Assembly: GCA_964016885.1 (NCBI GenBank)
Contig: CAXHJY010001505.1
Span: 1 to 32,268, forward strand
Source of the DNA: Eledone cirrhosa
Taxonomy: Eukaryota
Reading direction: 5' to 3'
Length of the DNA: 32,268 nt
The translations under genes were made by a program, and so were the position numbers. Below the pieces are notes generated by a model. That model made no database searches. It was not told where the DNA came from and saw only the letters and a program-made list of their open reading frames with translations. Of the stretch, positions 1 through 14,952 are shown piece by piece (position 1 is the first letter of the stretch; each line of letters starts with the position of its first letter).

Positions 1-43
<43 letters not shown>
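1..43. repeat. (TA)n microsatellite flanking the 5' end of the LINE
   Basis: Near-pure TA dinucleotide run from ~9 to 43. Confidence 0.95.
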
Positions 44-49
<6 letters not shown>

Positions 50-1808
50 AGAGAAGATCAGAAGTGTGGAGAGAGCGGTTGACAGATCTGGATGTAAGGA
101 GAGCTGGATGATCATCAACGAGATCACAGGGAGGAAGAAAAGGTGTTCGAGTCAGATCCAGGGAACGGGGCCCGAGGATAGGAAGAGGAAATGGCTAGAC
201 CATTTTAGGACCCTACTAGGAGAGCCACCCTCCACAGCCCAGAGCACTGGGGAGATCAGGCGGCTGTTTGAGGAACTGGATGTTGAGACAGAGCCCTTCA
301 CCAGAGAGGAGCTTCAGAGAGCCAAGAAGAAGATCAAGGAGGGCAAGGCTCATGGAGAAGATGGAGTAGCATCAGAGGTGATGAAGTGGTGTGATTTTGA
401 TGATATCATCCTGGGGTTCTGTAACGGGGCACTGGAGAAGGGAGTTGCCCCGAATCAGTGGAGGATCAGTAACATCGTCCCAGTGCCAAAGAAGGGAGAT
501 CTCTCTAACACCAACAACTACCGGGGGATCTCACTGACGTCACTTGTGGCAAAGACCCTCAACAGGATGATTCTTAACAGGATCCAGCCTGAGATGGAGA
601 AGAAGCTCAGGGACAACCAGAACGGCTTCAGAGAGGGTAGATCAACCACCAGTCACATCCTGATGCTGAGGAGGATATTAGAGGGAGCTAGAGCAAAGTG
701 CCTTCCTGCGGTCATGGTTTTCATTGACTTTAGGAAGGCCTTTGATTCTGTGGACCGTTACTGCCTGATGAAGATCTTACAGGCTTATGGAATCCCCAAG
801 AGGATAGTGGACCTGATATCACTGCTCTACACCAACACCAAAGCCCAAGTCATTACACCTGATGGGATGACAGAGTTCTTTGAGATACTGGCTGGAGTGC
901 TCCAGGGAGATACATTGGCTCCCTACCTTTTTATCATCGTAGTGGACTATTGTATGCGCCTTGCACTGGAGAAACACCAGGACTCTGGCTTTACTGTAGC
1001 ACCGGCTCAGAGCAGGAGAGTTGGGGCGAAAAAGGTATCGGATGCTGAATTTGCCGACGACATAGTTTTGGGGACAAATACAGTGAAGGAGGCAGAGGAT
1101 TTGATGCGGGAGGTTGAGACTGTGTCGATGAGTGTGGGGCTGAGAATGAATGAGACTAAAACAAAATATCTGGTAGAGAATGTTGAGAAGCCAGAGGGGA
1201 TCACTAATGTAGGCGGGAAGCCGCTGGAATTGGTTGAGGACTTCCTGTATTTGGGAGCAAAGATTGGGAATACGGAAGATGATGTGGTTGAGAGGAAGAG
1301 CAAGGCCTGGGCAGCGTTCCACAGCTTGAGATCGGTGTGGAAGTCGGACCTTCGTAGAGACCTGAAAATCCGCCTCTTCATTGCTGTAGTGGAGTCTGTG
1401 CTGCTGTATGGGTCTGAGACTTGGACACTGACCAAGAGACTCACTCAGATGGTGGATGGGTGCTACACGAGAATGCTGAGGATGGCTCTGAACATTAATC
1501 AGTATACACTGAGGATGAAAAACTCAGAGCTGTATGGGAGCCTCCCAAAAGTCAGCTCAAAAGTGACACAGAGGAGACTGAGGTTGGCTGGACATGCTCA
1601 CCGACATCCAGAGTTGACATTGCACTCCGTGCTCCTTTGGGAGCCCCTACATGGACACACTGGAAGAGGAAGACCAAGGTTAACATATGTTGATGCCATA
1701 AGGACAGACACTGGTCTGTTGGAGACGCAGGACATGGCAGCGATAATGAGGGACAGAGACCGCTGGAGAGAACTCGTCCATGGATCTCGGGAATTTTACC
1801 CGCCTTAG
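44..1808 (+). mobile_element. 5'-truncated non-LTR retrotransposon (RTE/RTEX-like LINE) inserted in (TA)n
   Basis: Much more GC-rich island bounded by (TA)n on both sides. It encodes a LINE RT but no APE endonuclease. No TSD can be resolved because of the TA context. Confidence 0.88.
66..1808 (+). CDS. LINE reverse transcriptase ORF (N-terminally truncated, 580 aa, RTE-like)
   Basis: Motifs [76 protein letters not shown]. The C-terminus ([22 protein letters not shown]) is RTE-typical. The frame is open from 51; the GTG start is not a natural start. Confidence 0.9.
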   Translation: MERAVDRSGCKESWMIINEITGRKKRCSSQIQGTGPEDRKRKWLDHFRTLLGEPPSTAQSTGEIRRLFEELDVETEPFTREELQRAKKKIKEGKAHGEDGVASEVMKWCDFDDIILGFCNGALEKGVAPNQWRISNIVPVPKKGDLSNTNNYRGISLTSLVAKTLNRMILNRIQPEMEKKLRDNQNGFREGRSTTSHILMLRRILEGARAKCLPAVMVFIDFRKAFDSVDRYCLMKILQAYGIPKRIVDLISLLYTNTKAQVITPDGMTEFFEILAGVLQGDTLAPYLFIIVVDYCMRLALEKHQDSGFTVAPAQSRRVGAKKVSDAEFADDIVLGTNTVKEAEDLMREVETVSMSVGLRMNETKTKYLVENVEKPEGITNVGGKPLELVEDFLYLGAKIGNTEDDVVERKSKAWAAFHSLRSVWKSDLRRDLKIRLFIAVVESVLLYGSETWTLTKRLTQMVDGCYTRMLRMALNINQYTLRMKNSELYGSLPKVSSKVTQRRLRLAGHAHRHPELTLHSVLLWEPLHGHTGRGRPRLTYVDAIRTDTGLLETQDMAAIMRDRDRWRELVHGSREFYPP

Positions 1809-5700
<3,892 letters not shown>

Positions 5701-5888
5701 TAAAATATTAAACAAATAATGAATAAAACAATGAAACAGTTCCTTATATTAAACAAAAAAAGTTCATTATTTAACGATCGTTTCTAGGATATATATGTGT
5801 TAGAATTGGCATGCATATTCAACAGATCTATGTACAAAATTATACAAAATTATACAAACTATCAAGATTAAATAAACATACCAACACA
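5701..5888 (-). repeat. Inverted partial pseudo-LTR (tailless 3' end of the PLE) attached to the truncated 5' end of copy A
   Basis: Reverse complement of ~11362-11550 (aatattttat end, cgatcg, ttgtataattttgtataa, tgtgttggtat) with about 2 mismatches. Joins the ORF through a 'ca' microhomology at 5887-5888. Confidence 0.93.
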
Positions 5889-7718
5889 GATATTGGAATA
5901 ATTGGAATAATTAGCAAAAAAACTTTGGATAGAGTCATCCCACAAATAAGAAAACACGTTATTTTACCACTCTGGGAAAACACCTCCCAGGTAATTAACT
6001 GGTTTAAAAATATTAGATGTAAATCTTCTGCTTCATTTCTACAATTTGATATAGATAATTACTATTCCTCTATATCACCTATACTCCTGAACAAAGCATT
6101 GATATTTGCTAAAAATAGATCTAACTTAACTTTGGATGACATTAATATTATTACACATGCTAGACTAACACTTATTGAATTTCAGAATGAATACTGGACC
6201 AGAAACACATATAGTAATCTATTTGATATTACTATGGGTTCAAGCGATTCCGCCCAAATTACTGATCTTGTGGGCCTCTTTCTCCTTTTCAACATAAATG
6301 CCTCCTTTCCCCACCTCAAAGGTGGTTTATATCGTGATGACTGTCTTCTTCTTTCTAACAATCTTAGCCTTTCAGAAATTGAAAAAAACAAAAAACATAT
6401 TAGAACTTTCCTTAAAGACTATTATAATCTTCATATTACTTTTGAAAAAACAAGTAAAGTAGTAAATTTCCTAGATATAACTTTAGATTTAGCTACGGGT
6501 ATCTACCAACCTTACCATAAACCAAACCAAAACTTACATTACATACACTCACAATCTAATCACCCTAAATCTATCCTTAAAAACCTTGCATATAATATAT
6601 CACTTAGAATTTCTAACCTTTCTTCTAACCAAGATGTATTTGATAAAAATGCGACCTTCTATAACGAAGCTCTAGATAGAAGTGGCCACAAAAATAGATT
6701 AGAATATATACCTTCTACTAAAAATACTAAAAGCATACAACCTAATATTACCAACAAACACCAAATGAAAAGTACACACCTAAATGCCACCCACACTATA
6801 CCCCAAAATACCAAATCTTCTAATATAAAATATAGTAACTCTCAAAAAACTACTCATCATACAACTCTAATAAATATTAATAATAAAACTCCTAATAAAA
6901 AGGATAAAACACCTAAATCTACAAATATAACTAAAAATGGTTGTGGTGAGATCATTAACATTAATCCTCCTAGTAAAAATCACGATACAACCTATAAAAA
7001 TAATAAAAATAATAAACAACATAGAAACCGTAATAGACGGGTTACTTGGTATAATGCTCCATTTAATTTACAAATTAAGGATAATATTGCTAAAAAATTT
7101 TTTTATATCCTAGAGAAAAACTTCCCGCCAAACCACAAATACCATCAAATCTTAAATAGGTCTACAGTTAAATTCTCATACTCTACAACAAATAACATAA
7201 AACAAAATATAAGTGCCTATAATGCATATAAATGTAAGAAAACCATAAGTATACCACCAGTACATCAAATTAACCATAATATCTCCTCAAATACAGAATT
7301 AACGAAAGGTTGTAACTGTAGAAACAAAGCAAACTGCCCATTAAAAGGGAATTGTCTTGTTAACAACATAGTCTATAAATGTAATGTTAAAACTAAAGAT
7401 TCTATTTGCTCATATATAGGAGCTACCTCTAACAATTTTAAGACAAGGTTTAATACCCACAAGCATAGTTTTAAAAATGCCGCACTGGCTAATACAACAT
7501 CTCTAGCAGAAAAAATCAATAGTTATAAAAATAAGAATATAGAATATGATTTGACCTGGAGTGTGCTCAAAAGAGCCACCCCTTATCAAAATAATAGAAA
7601 TGAATGTAGATTATGTTCCCAAGAACTATTTGAAATACTGAAATCTAAGGATATCCTATTAAATAAACGACAGGAATTAATTATATCGTGTAATCATAAA
7701 CTAAAAAAAAACATATAA
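5811..7718 (+). CDS. PLE RT-GIY-YIG protein, 5'-truncated (genuine PLE sequence from 5889; the first 26 codons come from the inverted pLTR)
   Basis: RT motifs QFDIDNYYSSI, ITMGSSDSAQ, LYRDD, VNFLDITL, YHKP, SNHP. Linker CNCRNKANCPLKGNC. EN motifs IVY..SYIGAT, KTRFNTH, CRLCSQE, LLN, SCNH. Frameshift in the last codons (KKNI* versus KKTFKYYKPN* in copy C). Confidence 0.88.
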   Translation: MHIQQIYVQNYTKLYKLSRLNKHTNTDIGIIGIISKKTLDRVIPQIRKHVILPLWENTSQVINWFKNIRCKSSASFLQFDIDNYYSSISPILLNKALIFAKNRSNLTLDDINIITHARLTLIEFQNEYWTRNTYSNLFDITMGSSDSAQITDLVGLFLLFNINASFPHLKGGLYRDDCLLLSNNLSLSEIEKNKKHIRTFLKDYYNLHITFEKTSKVVNFLDITLDLATGIYQPYHKPNQNLHYIHSQSNHPKSILKNLAYNISLRISNLSSNQDVFDKNATFYNEALDRSGHKNRLEYIPSTKNTKSIQPNITNKHQMKSTHLNATHTIPQNTKSSNIKYSNSQKTTHHTTLININNKTPNKKDKTPKSTNITKNGCGEIININPPSKNHDTTYKNNKNNKQHRNRNRRVTWYNAPFNLQIKDNIAKKFFYILEKNFPPNHKYHQILNRSTVKFSYSTTNNIKQNISAYNAYKCKKTISIPPVHQINHNISSNTELTKGCNCRNKANCPLKGNCLVNNIVYKCNVKTKDSICSYIGATSNNFKTRFNTHKHSFKNAALANTTSLAEKINSYKNKNIEYDLTWSVLKRATPYQNNRNECRLCSQELFEILKSKDILLNKRQELIISCNHKLKKNI

Positions 7719-8660
7719 ATATTATAAACCTAATTAATAACATTATTTTAGAAATTAATATATAATTTAATTTAAATGTTAGTTAACCTATAAATTTAAT
7801 TTAATTAAAATTCTACTACAGATGAGAATATAAAATATTGTGTAATCATAAATTGTGAAAAACCTTTAAATATTACTAATATATACTTAGTAATTTAATT
7901 TATAGATTAATTTTAATTTATTTAAACCTTTTATTAAAATTCCTTTACAGATAAAATATAACAAAATATCGTGTATCCAATGACAGAGAAATAATTTTTA
8001 GTATTATAGACCTAATTAATAGACATTTTAGAAATATATTTATAATTTGGTTTTAAATTTAGTCAACCTAAAAATTTAATTTAATTGGCTTAAAATTAGT
8101 ATCCTTATACAGACGGATTGCAGAGTGTCATGTAATCATAGAAAGGGATGTGTTTTGGATGTATACCTAGTTAATATATTCTTTGCAATTTTTGAAAAAG
8201 TATGTATATGTATGTATGTATATATATGTGTGTGTGTGTATGTATGTGTGTATATATGTATATATATGTATATATATATATATATATGTATATGTGTATG
8301 TATATGTATATGTATATGTATTAATTTTGATTTCTATTTGCATATAATTATATTCTGCTATTGATAAAATACAATATCTGTTTTATTTATTATATACCTA
8401 ATTAACATATACTATAGAATTTTAATATATAATTTTTAATTTAGTTAACCTATAATTTATATTCTACTACCGATGTAATACTTTATTTGTTTTTTCCCTA
8501 TTACTAAATTCATTTCCTAATATTGATACCATAACGTTAATAATTTTAATTTAGTTATACTATAATTAATACTCTACTACTATTTAACTTCAAAATTCTG
8601 CTTCAAATATTATAAACCTAACTAATTTACACCTTAGAAATCAATATGTTAACTATCTTT
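7685..8660 (+). repeat. Degenerate ~130-160 bp tandem repeats derived from the ORF 3' end
   Basis: Recurrent tcgtgtaatcataaa-like motif (7686, 7838, 7969, 8128), tattataaacctaattaa-like motif (7720, 8003, 8389, 8608) and ttagttaacctataa-like motif (7779, 8059, 8441). Also present in B and C. Confidence 0.7.
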
Positions 8661-8974
8661 GGTTTATTTAACATATAATTAATGGTATACTTATTTTGAA
8701 ATGCATAAATTTTGCCTTATTTCTTGTATTTCCTAACACTGAAACTATGTAAAAGCATACATTGGATCCAGATACAGATAATATTCTATGTTTCTTGAAA
8801 CATATATTTACTATAATCCCCTTCTCCAACCCCCCCCCCTTTCCCCCATACTATTATCATCTGTGTTTGTAAGCGTGTATGTATGAATATATATGTAGGT
8901 AGGTGTATATATGTTTGGGTATTTATATCTGAATATAAAAATACATATATGCGCATGCAAATAAGAATGTAAGA

Positions 8975-9931
8975 TTGTGTGTATATATATGTGTGTATGT
9001 ATATGTGTATGTGTATATATGCATGTATATATATATGTGTATATGTATATATATATATATATATGTGTATATGTGTATATGTGTGTGGGCGTGTATGTGT
9101 GTGTGTATATATATATGTATATATATTTATGTGTGTATGTATGTATATATATATATATGTGTGTATATGTATGTATGTCTCTCTATATATATGTCTATCT
9201 TCGTATCTATGTGGGTATATGTGTGTATGTACATGTATGCACATGTATGTGTTTATGAGTATATGTGTGTATGTGTATATATGTACGTGAGCGCACATAT
9301 ATATGTGAGTGTGTGTGTGTGTGTGTATATATGTATATATATATATGTATATCTATGTGTGTATATATGTCTATATTATTATAATATAACTTATGTGTAT
9401 GTGTGTATATGTGAGGGTGGGTATATGTATATATATGTGTATATATATGTGTAAAAAATATATATGTGTATGTGTGTTTTTTGTGTGTGTGTATATATAT
9501 GTATGTATATATGTGTGTATGTGTGTGTTTGTATGTGTGTTTATGGTTGTATGTGTGTGTGGGTGTATATATATAAATGTATGTGTATATATATGTATAT
9601 ATATATATGTGTATATGTATCTCTATTAATGTGTGTATATATATATATGTATATACCTTTTTCTTTGTATGTCTGAGTTGTGTGAGAGTGTAGTGGTGTT
9701 TGTATGTATATACGCATATATGGATGCGTATGTATTTGTATATATGAGTATATGTAAGTGCGTATGTATGTATGAATATATATCTATATCTATGTATGAG
9801 TATATATGTGTGTGTATGTATGTTGTGTGTGTATGTATGTATGTGTCTATGTGTGTATATATATATATATGTATGTGTATATATGTATGTATGTATGTGT
9901 ATGTATGTACATATATGTCTATGTATATGTG

Positions 9932-9990
<59 letters not shown>

Positions 9991-10172
9991 CTTTATTTTT
10001 TATATATATGTGTGTGTGTGTATATATATATTTATATATGTGTATGAGTATGTTCGTATAGGTGTATGTGTGTGTATGACTATATATGTATGTGTGTATG
10101 TGTGTATGTATGTATATGTATGTGTGTGTACATGTATGTATGTGGATGTGTATATATATGTGTGTATATGTG

Positions 10173-10209
<37 letters not shown>

Positions 10210-10506
10210 ATATATATATATATATGTATATGTATCTCTATTTGTATATGTATATGTGTATAGGTATATACCTTTTCTTTGTATGTCTGAGTTGTGTGAG
10301 AGTGTAGTGGTGTTTGTATGTATATACCGATATATGGATGCGTAAGTATTTGTGTGTATGTATGTATGTATGTCTGTATGTATTTGTGTGTATATATAGG
10401 TATGTATGTGTATATCTGTATGTATATAAGTATGTATGTGTATGTATATGTGCGTGTATGTGTATATATATGTGTGTCTATATATGTATGTGTGATTATA
10501 TGTGTA

Positions 10507-10547
<41 letters not shown>

Positions 10548-10710
10548 GTATGTGTGTATATGTGTGTATGTGTGTATATGTATATGTTTATATATGTGTG
10601 TGTATGTATGTTCTAAGTGTAGATGTGTGTATGTGTATGTATGTATATATATATGTATATATATATATATATTAATGTATGTATGTATATATATATATAT
10701 ATATATATAT
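8975..10710 (+). repeat. Element-internal (TG/TA/TATG) low-complexity tract in the PLE 3' UTR
   Basis: Conserved with the same unique landmarks in B (~12805-13755, reverse) and C (~19670-20632), so it belongs to the element and not to the target. Confidence 0.9.
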
Positions 10711-11333
10711 TTTCTTGATATATTGCTTTTTTCTTTTTTCTTTTTCTTTTCTTTCCTTTTTAATTTTTATTTTTTATTTCTTAGTTTATAGATACATCTA
10801 TAAATAAGCAGTCTGCCCAAACCGTTGAATACTGACCTCTCCCCCCCTCCCACCTAATTTCTGTATCTTGATCTAAATGTGTGTGGCAGTGTTTATGTGA
10901 GTGAATTAATATCCATGTGCTTATGATAATATTATATCCACACATATATATATGTGTGTGGGGGTGTGTGTGTGTATGTATGTTCGTAATTATGTGTATG
11001 TTTATGCATATACGCGCGCGTGTGTGTGATTGTACGGATATGTGTAAGTATGAGAATATGTGTATACACTTATTTCATATTTATGTTTCTATACGCATCT
11101 TATCTGTGCATTATAAACTTACAGAGACATTAACCTTGAAATGTTGTATTTGCATGCATCTTTTTGGTATGCGTATGCATGTTGAGCATACATTTTTGTA
11201 TAAATATGTGTAAGGGGTAGTTACATGTATATACACACACCGAATTGCATAAAACCTTTTGTATTTTCATTGGTCAATTTTGTTCCCAAACGGACCTGAA
11301 ATTTTGAATTGTTGTTATTATCAATAAATATAT

Positions 11334-11487
11334 TTCATTATTTCTGAAGACGGCGTATATATGTGTTGGTATGTATATTTAATCTTGATAGTTTGTATAA
11401 TTTTGTATAATTTTGTACATAGATCTGTTGAATATGCATGCCAATTCTAACACATATATATCCTAGAAACGATCGTTAAATAATGAA
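11334..11487 (+). ncRNA. Type I hammerhead ribozyme-like motif with extended stem II (copy A)
   Basis: Stem I ttcattattt(11334-43)/aaataatgaa(11478-87), 10 bp perfect. CTGAAGA at 11344-50, GAAA at 11466-69. Minimal palindromic stem III C-GATC-G. GUU cleavage triplet ending at 11477. Caveat: the base of stem II is C/A rather than the canonical G-C. Confidence 0.72.
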
Positions 11488-11550
11488 CTTTTTTTGTTTA
11501 ATATAAGGAAATGTTTCATTGTTTTATTCATTATTTGTTTAATATTTTAT

Positions 11551-11684
11551 CTTGACTATGTATACCATTTATCTTTCACCGAAAGTGATTTTTCATTACA
11601 TCTCTTCTTTCCATGATATCCGGAATACATTGAGTTCTTCATACGGATTGGACACTACCGTAAACTCTTGGTAGATTTATCTAC
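11551..11684 (+). other. 134-nt PLE 3' tail (probable 5'-leader sequence of the next tandem unit)
   Basis: Present after aatattttat in A and B (11847-11980, reverse, 4 mismatches). Absent at the 5701 and 21460 ends. Collinear similarity to 29752-29857. Confidence 0.8.
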
Positions 11685-11701
11685 ATATATATATATATAT
11701 A

Positions 11702-11737
<36 letters not shown>

Positions 11738-11752
11738 TATATATATTTATAC

Positions 11753-11843
<91 letters not shown>

Positions 11844-11846
11844 TAT
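11685..11846. repeat. 162-nt (TA)n spacer between tail-to-tail copies A and B
   Basis: Interrupted TA run between ...atctac and gtagat... Confidence 0.95.
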
Positions 11847-12036
11847 GTAGATAAATCTACCAAGAGTTTACGGTAGTGTCCAATCCGTATGAAGAACTCA
11901 ATGTATTCCGGATATCAAGGAAAGAAGAGATGTAATGAAAAATCACTTTCGGTGAAAGATAAACGGAATACAGAGTCAAGATAAAATATTAAATGAATAA
12001 AACAATGAAACAGTTCCTTATATTAAACAAAAAAAG

Positions 12037-12191
12037 TTCATTATTTAACGATCGTTTCTAGGATATATATGTGTTAGAATTGGCATGCATATTCAACAGA
12101 TCTATGTACAAAATTATACAAAATTATACAAACTATCAAGATTAAATATACATACCAAACACACATATATGCCGTCTTCAGAAATAATGAA
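12037..12191 (-). ncRNA. Hammerhead-like motif (copy B)
   Basis: Reverse complement of the motif: ttcattattt-aacgatcgtttc ... tcttcag-aaataatgaa. Confidence 0.7.
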
Positions 12192-12821
12192 ATATATTTA
12201 TTGATAATAACAACAATTTAAAATTTCAGGTCCATTTGGGAACGGAGTTCAAAATTGACCAATGAAAATACAAAAAGTTTTATGCAGTTTGGTGTGTGTA
12301 TATACATGTAACTAACCCCGTACACATATTTATACAAAGATATATGCTCAACATGCATACGCATGCCAAAAAGATGTATGCAAATACAAAAAATTTAAGG
12401 CTAATGTCTCTGTAAGTTTATAATCCACAGATAAAATGCGTATAGACACATAAATATGAAATAAGTGTATACACATATTCTCATACTCACACATATCCGT
12501 ACACTCACACACACGCGCGCGTATATGCATAAACATACACATAATTACGAACATACATACACACACACACCCCTACACACATATATATGTGGATATAATA
12601 TTATCATAAGCACATGGATATTAATTCACTCACATAAACACTGCCACACACATTTAGATCAAGATACAGAAATTAGGTGGGAGGGGGGGAGGTCAGTATT
12701 CAACGGTTTGGGCAGACTGCTTATTTATAGATGTATCTATAAACTTCAAAATAAAAAGAAAAGAAAAGAAAAAGAAAAAAGAAAAAAGAAATATATCAAG
12801 AAAATATATATATATATATAT

Positions 12822-12862
<41 letters not shown>

Positions 12863-12944
12863 CATATACATACACACATCTACACATACAACACACACAC
12901 ACACACATATATAAACATATACATATATATATATACACACATAT

Positions 12945-12993
<49 letters not shown>

Positions 12994-14428
12994 TATATAC
13001 ATATAGCATACATACAAATACACATGCATCCACATATGCGTATATACATACAAACACCACTACACTCTCACACAACTCAGACATACAAAGAAGAAGGTAT
13101 ATACATATACATATATACACACATTAAAAGAGATACATATACACATATATATATATATACACATACATTTATATATATACCCACACACACATACAACCAT
13201 AAACACACATACAAACACATACATACACACATATATACATATATATACACACACACAAAAACACACATACACATATATATTTTTACACATATATATACAT
13301 ATATATACACATACACACCTTCACACATATACATATACACATAAGTTATATTATAATAATAAATAATATATATATATACACATACGAATATATATATACA
13401 CACATAGATATACATATATATATATACACACACACACACACACTCACATATATATGTGCGCACACGTACATATATACACATACACACATATACACATAAA
13501 CATATACATGTGCATACATGTACATACACACATATACCCACATAGATACGAAGATAGACATATATATAGAGAGACATACATATACATACACATATATACA
13601 TACACATACATACACACATATATATATATATATATATACACACACATACACGCCCACACACATACACATATATACATATATATATATATACACATATATA
13701 TACACATGCATACATACACATATATATATACACATATATATATATATATACACACAATCATACATTCTTATTTGCATGCGCATATATGTATTTTTATACT
13801 CAGATATAAACACCCAAACATATATACACCTACCTACATATATATTCATACATACACGCTTACAAACACAGATGATAATAGTATGGGGGAAAGGGGGGGG
13901 GGGTGGAGAAGGGCATTATAGTAAATATATGTTTCAAGAAACATAGAATATTAATCTGTATTTGGATCTCAATATATGTTTTTACATAGTTTCAGTGTTA
14001 GGAAATGCAAGAAATAAGGCAAAATTATGCATTTCAAAATAAGTATACCATTAATTATATGTTAACTAAACTAAAGAAAGTTAACATATTGATTTCTAAG
14101 GTGTAAATTAGTTAGGTTTATAATATTTGAAGCAGAATTTTGAAGTTAAATAGTAGTAGAGTATTAATTATAGTATAACTAAATTAAAGTTATTAATGTT
14201 ATGGTATCAATATTAGGAAATGAATTTAGTAATAGGGAAAAAACAAATAAAGTATTACATCGGTAGTAGAATATAAATTATAGGTTAACTAAATTAAAAA
14301 TCATATATTAATTTCTATAGTATATGTTAATTAGGTATATAATAAACAAAACAGATATTGTATTTTATCAATAGCAGAATATAATTATATGCAAATAGAA
14401 ATCAAAATTAATACATATACATATATAT

Positions 14429-14471
<43 letters not shown>

Positions 14472-14952
14472 TACATACATACACATACATATACATACAT
14501 ACATATACACATTTTTTCAAAAATTGCAAAGAATATATTAACTAGGTATACATCCAAAACACATCCCATTCTATGATTACATGACACTCTGCAATCCGTC
14601 TGTATTAGGATACTAATTTTTAGGTTGACTAAATTTAAAACCAAATTATAAATATATTTCTAAAATGTATATTAATTAGGTCTATAATACTAAAATTTAT
14701 TTCTCTGTCATTGGATACACGATATTTTGTTATATTTTATCTGTAAAGGAATTTTAATAAAGGGTTAAATAAATTAAAATTAATCTATAAATTAAATTAC
14801 TAAGTATATATTAGTAATATTTAAAGGTTTTTCACAATTTATGATTACACAATATTTTATATTCTCATCTGTAGTAGAATTTTAATTAAATTAAATTTAT
14901 AGGTTAACTAACATTTAAATTAAATTATATATTAATTTCTAAAATAATGTTA

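Larger units (their letters stand above)
5887..11684 (+). mobile_element. Penelope-like element copy A (Hydra-clade-like), 5'-truncated, with 3' tail
   Basis: RT + GIY-YIG ORF, ~3.8 kb 3' UTR, hammerhead-like motif and 134-nt tail; collinear with copies B and C. Confidence 0.92.

Noticed and set aside
819-1444. Minus-strand ORFs inside the LINE
   Set aside because: Antisense shadows of the RT ORF with no recognisable motifs.
5701-11550. DNA transposon suggested by terminal inverted repeats
   Set aside because: Encodes RT + GIY-YIG and no transposase; the inverted repeat is a PLE inverted pLTR.
11551-11980. Apparent MITE (134-bp inverted repeats around TA)
   Set aside because: Better explained as the tails of tail-to-tail copies A and B: the inversion continues for kilobases and the sequence matches the D leader.
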